Shown: positions 57,815 through 64,000 of the stretch, one piece after another | Position numbering within the stretch: the stretch's first letter is position 1 | Layout of the letters: every line of letters begins with the position of its first letter | IMG/VR virus record: IMGVR_UViG_3300032167_007466 | Location: 1-64,000 of that record | DNA: 64,000 bases | Source of the DNA: a virus | Taxonomy: Duplodnaviria; Caudoviricetes | Reading direction: 5' to 3' (one strand) | The notes under the pieces: generated by a model | The model's database searches: none | The model's input: only the letters and a program-made list of their open reading frames with translations | What the model was told of the DNA's origin: nothing | Translations under genes and position numbers: made by a program

Positions 57815-58934
57815 ACCGTTCCCGGCTTTATGTTTTGAACTGATGAAGGATAGTTATGTTATAAAATTTAGGATATTTTTATAGGTATAATTTATAGGAT
57901 ATTTTATACCTATTGTTTATAGTTAAAATTTTAAGTATATAAAATTCAAGTCTATTTTTACGAACCCGTAACCGTTCAGAATTTCAGCAGATGCAAAACT
58001 AAAAAAGCAAGTTAAAAACTTATACAGATAAAACATACTATAATAGTAATAATATTATGGTATGTTTTTTTTAATATCCCGGCTGGGTTTACATTTTAGA
58101 AACCGCATAACAGAGCCATTTTGAGCCTATCTGTTCCATCCACACGTAGACTCCCATTTCAAAACTCAATACACAAAAATAAGAGTATCAAATTCGATAC
58201 TCTTTTTCTTTTACCTAAAATCCATCAAATTCATTCGATATCAACTTCGATAAAACCTCACAACAAAGCCATTTAAGGCTCTTTTTTTATACTCAAAAAT
58301 TAATTTAATTTATCAAATCTTTTAAAAATCTCAGAAAAATCAGTATCTTTTACGAAAACAGTCAATTTATATTAAATATCTTAGTCTTCTCAAAACAGAA
58401 ATCTCACACAATTCCTTAAAATCTTAGTAATAATCACACTTTTATATCTAAAATATATTTAATCATCGAAGTCTGTTATTTCCATATGTGCAAAATTATT
58501 TCACAATATATTTTTATCTCATCACATTTTAGTGATCATTACAATTCAAAGCAGAAACTTAACCCTTATATCAAACCAACAGAGAATATATGATGTAGGG
58601 GTATATTTTACATCTAAAGCAAACTTATGACTATATAACTACCCCCCCACTCAAAAAAATGATAGACAAAAATTTTAAAACAGATATAAGATTAAAAAGA
58701 GAATAATATCTTGAGAGCAAAATTTTAACAAGAAGATTTTAAGGTGAGCGAAGCGAAACTGAATGAGCAGATTTATCTGCGAATGAATATGTCTGTTTTA
58801 TTATATAGGTGTCTATATTATTTCAGTTCCGTAAACGAGGTCTGAACCTCGTCAAAATTCTCAGATTTAAAAATTAAGTGAGGGTAAAACCTCGTTTGCC
58901 GTACGCAGGTGAATTTATAAAGGGAGGAATTTTT

Positions 58935-59741
58935 ATTACAAAATACATAACAAAAGAATATTTTACAAGATTTCCTAATGAGTATATACGATGCAATATC
59001 AAGAAAGATTATGGCGTGAGTAGGAAATTTTACATCATTTATATCTTAATCGACAAGTACCGTTCTTATGAAAACTACAGTTGGATAACTATTCGTAAGA
59101 TATTAAACTTTTACGGATATAAGACAAATAAACATAAACCTAAAGCGGTATATGAAATTTTAGATGTACTGGAATATATGATTAATAATAAAATGATTAA
59201 AGTATCGCAAGATTTAGATTCTCTTTCTTATGATACTGGCATTGAAATTGAAATCATCCCTGAAAACTTTGATTGTGCTGAAAAGTTTACAATGATAACT
59301 ACATCTCAACTAAACACAATAATGATGGCTGACAGTTCTTTAAACAAAGAGAATATATTATTGGCATTCCTTTATATCAATTCCTATATTGGTTGTCGTA
59401 GCAAAAAAGATGACGGCACCGAGTACGAGAATGCAAAAGATAATCCTGAAGCTTTCTTTAAAAGCCTTGAATCTATGGCAAAAGAAATATCAATGTCTAA
59501 AGAAACTATAAATCAAACTCTTGATTATCTTGTTTCTGATGAAAATCATCCTGCTTTACTTATAAGAAAAAATATTGGCAGTATTCCTGCCACAAAATCA
59601 CATCCGCCTAAAAATGTTCCTAACATATATGTTTTGAATGAAAATGGATATCAACGAGAAATTAAATGGGCTTTAGATAAAATGTTAGAGGCGTATGGAG
59701 TTGAAAATTTTAACAAAGCTTCTCAAACAAACAGAGAATAA
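58935..59741 (+). CDS. phage DNA-binding/replication-associated protein
   Basis: FTRFPN, two winged-helix-like segments, PNIYV; ATT start after GGGAGG. Confidence 0.6.
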   Translation: MTKYITKEYFTRFPNEYIRCNIKKDYGVSRKFYIIYILIDKYRSYENYSWITIRKILNFYGYKTNKHKPKAVYEILDVLEYMINNKMIKVSQDLDSLSYDTGIEIEIIPENFDCAEKFTMITTSQLNTIMMADSSLNKENILLAFLYINSYIGCRSKKDDGTEYENAKDNPEAFFKSLESMAKEISMSKETINQTLDYLVSDENHPALLIRKNIGSIPATKSHPPKNVPNIYVLNENGYQREIKWALDKMLEAYGVENFNKASQTNRE

Positions 59742-59793
59742 TATATTAGAATCACCCACTTTATAAATAACAAAAGGAGACTTTAAATAAATA

Positions 59794-60006
59794 ATGCAAA
59801 ATGGAGATTACATAAATGACCCTTCAAGATTTGGAGGCAGGATATATTTATCGGATTTTGAAACAGATTATAGAGGTAAAGACAATACCGCCGGTTCCAT
59901 TATCGCTTCTCGTATCATTTCAGACTGGCGTTTTGATGAAATGTGTAGGAAAAATTCGATTATTAGAGATAAAAAGAGCAAGAATGATGGCAAAGGAGGA
60001 AATTGA
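59794..60006 (+). CDS. hypothetical protein
   Basis: AAAGGAG RBS; its stop is immediately followed by the probable RNAP start. Confidence 0.6.
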   Translation: MQNGDYINDPSRFGGRIYLSDFETDYRGKDNTAGSIIASRIISDWRFDEMCRKNSIIRDKKSKNDGKGGN

Positions 60007-62635
60007 CATAGAAGCAACACAATATACACTTGTAAAGATTCCTATTAAAGAACTTATATCTCAGAATTATGAAGTAAACTTAACTCAAGAGCAGGAAATA
60101 AACAATGAATATTTGATAAAACAAGGATCTTCCCCTTTATTTGACCAAATAGAAAGACTTCGTGGGGAATTTTCAACTCACATAAATGAAATAATCCTAG
60201 TGGTTGCAAAGAAGAATCCAAGGCAGGAAAAGGATTTAAGTTATATTTTAGATAAAGGTTTTGTATATAATGGCGTGCATTATAAGCGTTTTGGAAAATC
60301 TGCCTCTCAAGGGAAAGACGGGATTACCGCATTTGTATGTGATGATATCTTTGACGAGTTATATATGGTTACACAAATGGATATTGAGATTGAAGAGTGT
60401 GTAATATCAAAATATGAAGCACAAAGATGTCTTGTATTTAGTTCCTGTACACTCATTCAGGATTATATGCCTAACATTGTTATTATAGGAGAATATGAAA
60501 AAACACTACGAAATCAGCTAATAAAATATGTTGTTGAAAGGGAACGTGAGTTTGTCGACAAGGAAACAGGTAAAACAAAAAAATATAATTCAAGGGAAAT
60601 TGAAGAGGGTTATAAAGATTTAAAACTTATACCATTTGATGGTTGTGGATGTCACGAAAAAGAGTTTATGGAAATTACCAGCGCCCAGCTTGGACTAGAT
60701 TACAATGCTATAGGCAGCCAGATAAGGCTTCCGTTTGTTAAGGGGTATTCTGTTTATGTACCATTCCGAGAAATCCTTAAAGAATGGGGATATGAATACA
60801 TAACCGATATATATGGACATAAGCATCGTATTGATACAATTGATTGTATTTGGAATACGTCTATGTTTAAAGGACATAAAATCTTCAAAGAAAAATATGG
60901 CAACGATGCTTGGATAGAATATATGAATACACTTCGTAAGTATAACTTTAAACTTGGAATAAGCAAATACAGTCATCATATAAAAAACCTTAATAAGTAT
61001 ACCCGTATGAATTTTCAATATTTACAGTGTTTAGATTTGTGGAATCCTAAATATATTGATTATTGCGAAAATCAAATCGTTGGAGATTATGATATTCTTA
61101 ATAACAAAAATAATGGTAAAATAATTTCGTTAGCTAAGTATACCACTTCACTTTTTGAAAAAATAATCAAAGGTGATAAGTTCTATACATACAAATTCAT
61201 GGGTATATTAGACACCGAAAGTTATGAGCCTGAAAGCAAATATCTTGAAGCTGCACTTGTCAACGATGTAATGTTAAAAGACCCTGCCGTTAAGCAGTTT
61301 ATATATCGTAAACTGAAAAAGTCAATTGACGAAGCTAAAGTTGGAAAAATATATTGTTCAGGCTTTTATCATACTGGCGTTGGGGATATGATTGGTTATT
61401 TACAATATGCGGTTGGTGAAGATCCTGTTGGATGTTTAAATGAAAGAGAGTTGTATAGTGCCAATTTTGAGTCTGGTGATATTATTTCTTTTCGCTCTCC
61501 ACTTGTTGATCCTTCGGAAGTGAATAAGATACGGATTGTGCGTAATGACATCTCAAATAAATGGTTTAAACATTTTAAAGACCAAGATGTTGTTATGTTT
61601 AATATGTACGATGTGTCAGCTCCACAACAAGGCGGTGCAGATTTTGACGGAGATATATTTTTACTCTGTAATGAGCCAATAATTATTGATTCTAAAATCG
61701 ATAAGAAAATAATTATTGACATAGATGACAAAACAACTGCAAAAGCAAAACCCTACACAAAAGAAAATATTATTGAGTATGAGGTTATGACCAGAGATAA
61801 TCGTATAGGCGAGATTACAAATTCGGCAACCAGTATTGAAAATAGGTACACTACAAACGAAGATATTAAAGCCTTATATGACAATTATTCTTCCCTACTA
61901 CGTGTGTACCAAGGACATGAAATCGACTTTATCAAGACCGGCACTCGATGGCAAATGACAAAGGGATTAAGAAAACATCTAAATCAACTGCCTTACTTTT
62001 TGTTGTTTAATTATCCAAAAAAGATGAAAACCTATATCAAATTAAAAGAAAAAAATAAGTATATCGAAAACCCTCAAGATAAAATCAAATTAAACGCATA
62101 TCACTCCCCTTCTCCCATGAACGAGTTGTGTGACTACGTTTGCGCTTGGGAAAAGAAAAATATATTATGGGACAACCAGTTGCAAGATTTAATTGATACA
62201 AGATGTCTTATTATAAATAACGATTTAGACTTAAACAACAAAAACGCCCTAAAAATTGCACGTAGATATGTAAATTCATACGCTGACGAATTAAGAAAAC
62301 ATCTTAATATGAATAAGGACAAGGACAAATCTAATAGCGGAGACTATAAATTCGCAATGGAGAAACTTGTAGAAAAATATAAACAAAATTTAAAACGAGA
62401 TATAAGTTTAAGAGAAGAATTGGTAGCTAATTATGTAATAAAAGCATCTTATGGTAACTTTTCTATCAGCAAGTCGCTTGCTTGGTCGGCTTATGGAGAT
62501 TATATAATCAAAAATTTAAAAGCAAATTCAAACCCACAAAGAAACATCTCTATAACTGAAGTCCCCTATCAAACAAATAACTCATATGGGTATCTTGGAA
62601 AGTTTTATGAGTTTAAGGAGGTTGATGTATTATAG
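59816..62635 (+). CDS. YonO-like single-subunit RNA polymerase (RdRP-like double-psi barrel)
   Basis: DGCG, QIRLPFVKG, FRSPL, GGADFDGD catalytic motif; likely real start ~60008. Confidence 0.9.
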   Translation: MTLQDLEAGYIYRILKQIIEVKTIPPVPLSLLVSFQTGVLMKCVGKIRLLEIKRARMMAKEEIDIEATQYTLVKIPIKELISQNYEVNLTQEQEINNEYLIKQGSSPLFDQIERLRGEFSTHINEIILVVAKKNPRQEKDLSYILDKGFVYNGVHYKRFGKSASQGKDGITAFVCDDIFDELYMVTQMDIEIEECVISKYEAQRCLVFSSCTLIQDYMPNIVIIGEYEKTLRNQLIKYVVEREREFVDKETGKTKKYNSREIEEGYKDLKLIPFDGCGCHEKEFMEITSAQLGLDYNAIGSQIRLPFVKGYSVYVPFREILKEWGYEYITDIYGHKHRIDTIDCIWNTSMFKGHKIFKEKYGNDAWIEYMNTLRKYNFKLGISKYSHHIKNLNKYTRMNFQYLQCLDLWNPKYIDYCENQIVGDYDILNNKNNGKIISLAKYTTSLFEKIIKGDKFYTYKFMGILDTESYEPESKYLEAALVNDVMLKDPAVKQFIYRKLKKSIDEAKVGKIYCSGFYHTGVGDMIGYLQYAVGEDPVGCLNERELYSANFESGDIISFRSPLVDPSEVNKIRIVRNDISNKWFKHFKDQDVVMFNMYDVSAPQQGGADFDGDIFLLCNEPIIIDSKIDKKIIIDIDDKTTAKAKPYTKENIIEYEVMTRDNRIGEITNSATSIENRYTTNEDIKALYDNYSSLLRVYQGHEIDFIKTGTRWQMTKGLRKHLNQLPYFLLFNYPKKMKTYIKLKEKNKYIENPQDKIKLNAYHSPSPMNELCDYVCAWEKKNILWDNQLQDLIDTRCLIINNDLDLNNKNALKIARRYVNSYADELRKHLNMNKDKDKSNSGDYKFAMEKLVEKYKQNLKRDISLREELVANYVIKASYGNFSISKSLAWSAYGDYIIKNLKANSNPQRNISITEVPYQTNNSYGYLGKFYEFKEVDVL

Positions 62636-63450
62636 AGCAGTATTTGTATGAAATAATTGAAGATTATAAATCTTGTGAAAATAAAGATAATATTTTTAAT
62701 TCTTTCTGTCGCATAATTTGGCAAAGTGATAATAAGAGGAAAGTGTTTACAAAAACAATTCATTACACCGTTAGAAAAGATTTGTTAAACACAGATGTTG
62801 GTAAAGTGTTTGATTGTTGGTCTGATGTGGAGTATAAAGGCTATAAGGCTATGTCAACTGAAAATGATTGGTGCAGTCTTATACGACAGAAAATAAACAA
62901 TCTTTATACTCGATATTTTGATAAAGAAGTAATTCTTAATAAAGATTATATGCATTTATTGAACACACCAAAAAGATTATATTACAGATGGATTGACGGA
63001 GACGAAATGGATGCTGATGAGTTGACTGTTATCATTGATGACGCGATTGACAAGGCAATTAAATTAAAACCCATATATCAAAAACAAAAGATGTCGCTAT
63101 CTTGGCAGGAATATAAAACCTTGATAGAGGTGTTCCTAAGGAAGATTTTTGACAGATGCAAGACAATCAACGAGTATGAAGATAGAAACATTAAAATTCG
63201 GTTGTATGATTTTGCAAACGAAGATAATTTTTACATACGATATTTTTGTAAATGTCTTGAGGGTGAAATGTTGAAATATCAAAAGCAATACTATGGTGTA
63301 AGGGATCATAAAAAATACAAAAGGTGTAAAACTTGTGGTTCTTTAATTGAAAATGACGCAAAAAATCGCCAATATTGTGATAGTTGTAAAAAGAAAAAAA
63401 GAAAAGAAATAAATCACAATTACTACATTAAGACTGTTTTAAAATCATAG
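62629..63450 (+). CDS. hypothetical protein with C-terminal zinc finger, coupled to RNAP
   Basis: CKTC..YCDSC; GGAGG then ATT/ATA. Confidence 0.7.
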   Translation: MIEQYLYEIIEDYKSCENKDNIFNSFCRIIWQSDNKRKVFTKTIHYTVRKDLLNTDVGKVFDCWSDVEYKGYKAMSTENDWCSLIRQKINNLYTRYFDKEVILNKDYMHLLNTPKRLYYRWIDGDEMDADELTVIIDDAIDKAIKLKPIYQKQKMSLSWQEYKTLIEVFLRKIFDRCKTINEYEDRNIKIRLYDFANEDNFYIRYFCKCLEGEMLKYQKQYYGVRDHKKYKRCKTCGSLIENDAKNRQYCDSCKKKKRKEINHNYYIKTVLKS

Positions 63451-63529
63451 TTTTAGGCTTAGTTATGCCGTTCATAAAGATTTTCAACTTCGTATATATA
63501 CAGTATAGGATAAAGAAACAATTAGCTAT

Positions 63530-63557
63530 AAAGCATCGTTTAAAGACGGTGCTTTTT
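63530..63557 (+). terminator. intrinsic terminator
   Basis: AAAGCATCGTT-TAAA-GACGGTGCTTTTT. Confidence 0.7.
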
Positions 63558-63584
63558 ATATTACAAAAAATAATTTAAGAAAGA

Positions 63585-63806
63585 GTGATAATTATAATTC
63601 CTATAACAAAGGACGAGGCACAAAAATTGAATAAGGTTTATAAGATACAGTTTCATAGAGATAATGGTATATCTTCTACTTATTCAAAACCTAAGAAATT
63701 TTATCTTACGCCTGTTAAACGCAATATTAACGCACTTAACGAAATCAGAGGTGTAAAAACTTACAAAAATAAACCTAATTTTGAGAATAAGAGAGTTGGT
63801 GTATAA
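63585..63806 (+). CDS. small basic protein
   Basis: Co-oriented ORF. Confidence 0.6.
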   Translation: MIIIIPITKDEAQKLNKVYKIQFHRDNGISSTYSKPKKFYLTPVKRNINALNEIRGVKTYKNKPNFENKRVGV

Positions 63807-64000
63807 TTGTACGATTTTGAACAAGAGATTGCAAAATATGGTTTGACAATCGAAGAATATGAAAATGCACTTAAAGAGTGTGCCGACAAACAGAATCATA
63901 AGATTGATTGCGAATGGCTTGATATAATTTCTAAATACAACATTAAGAATCCGAATGGCAGAGATGCCAATATTCATTACGATAGTCTCAGGAAATCGCA
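63807..64000 (+). CDS. partial CDS running off the window
   Basis: Open frame TTG-YDFEQEIAKYGLTIEEYE...HYDSLRKS. Confidence 0.6.
   Translation, partial: MYDFEQEIAKYGLTIEEYENALKECADKQNHKIDCEWLDIISKYNIKNPNGRDANIHYDSLRKS

Larger units (their letters stand above)
9619..59742. promoter_or_regulatory. repeated GAGAATAAT motif, candidate phage-specific promoter
   Basis: Minus-strand copies at 9619, 11121, 14064, 14920, 26549, 28314, 28791, 32031, 33555, 34967, 45525, 46896; plus-strand copies at 58699, 59734; always oriented with the local phage arm. Confidence 0.7.
214..64000. mobile_element. large SPbeta-like prophage (continues beyond window)
   Basis: Terminal serine recombinase, phage replication and nucleotide metabolism modules, cI/cro pair, YonO-like RNAP, long co-oriented arrays of small ORFs. 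Confidence 0.92.

Noticed and set aside
281-62328. Numerous ORF-track entries antisense to or nested in long genes (e.g. 281-475, 4924-5292, 20461-20757, 50024-50536, 60695-61018)
   Set aside because: Shadow frames of well-supported genes, with no RBS or motifs
59816-62635. Eukaryote-type RNA-dependent RNA polymerase / RNAi
   Set aside because: Shared motifs are expected for the YonO family, which are DNA-dependent phage RNAPs

Overview
Left ~64 kb of a large temperate SPbeta-like prophage in a low-GC Clostridia-type host. A large serine recombinase (244-1830) abuts a truncated Cys-rich host gene (1-237), which marks the probable att junction at ~213-216. Nearly all genes from 244 to 57400 are on the minus strand. 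In order they are: nucleotide metabolism (dUTPase, guanylate kinase, class III RNR, deoxyribosyltransferase-like, divergent ThyX-like), a first small-gene array with a C5 methyltransferase and a tRNA/ncRNA cluster, a replication core (DnaE, PD-(D/E)XK nuclease, primase-helicase, SSB, Sak4-like ATPase), a second array with a radical SAM/SPASM enzyme plus four 'DFVTNSSSSS' proteins and a captured tnpB, ParB-like genes, a sigma factor and a SleB-like hydrolase, the cI/cro switch, an AIPR defence gene, an intact tyrosine recombinase and a third array. After an AT-rich divergence region, the plus strand carries a YonO-like single-subunit RNA polymerase. The most striking unexplained signal is about 30 copies of a 16-bp dyad site, T(A/G)AAA-N6-TT(T/C)(T/C)A, each with a different 6-bp core. 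They sit at the 3' boundary of accessory genes (12 times supplying the stop codon itself) and are absent between core replication genes, which suggests an integron-like gene-cassette system. A second repeated motif, GAGAATAAT, behaves like a phage-specific promoter. All calls are by eye from the sequence and ORF track; no searches were run.
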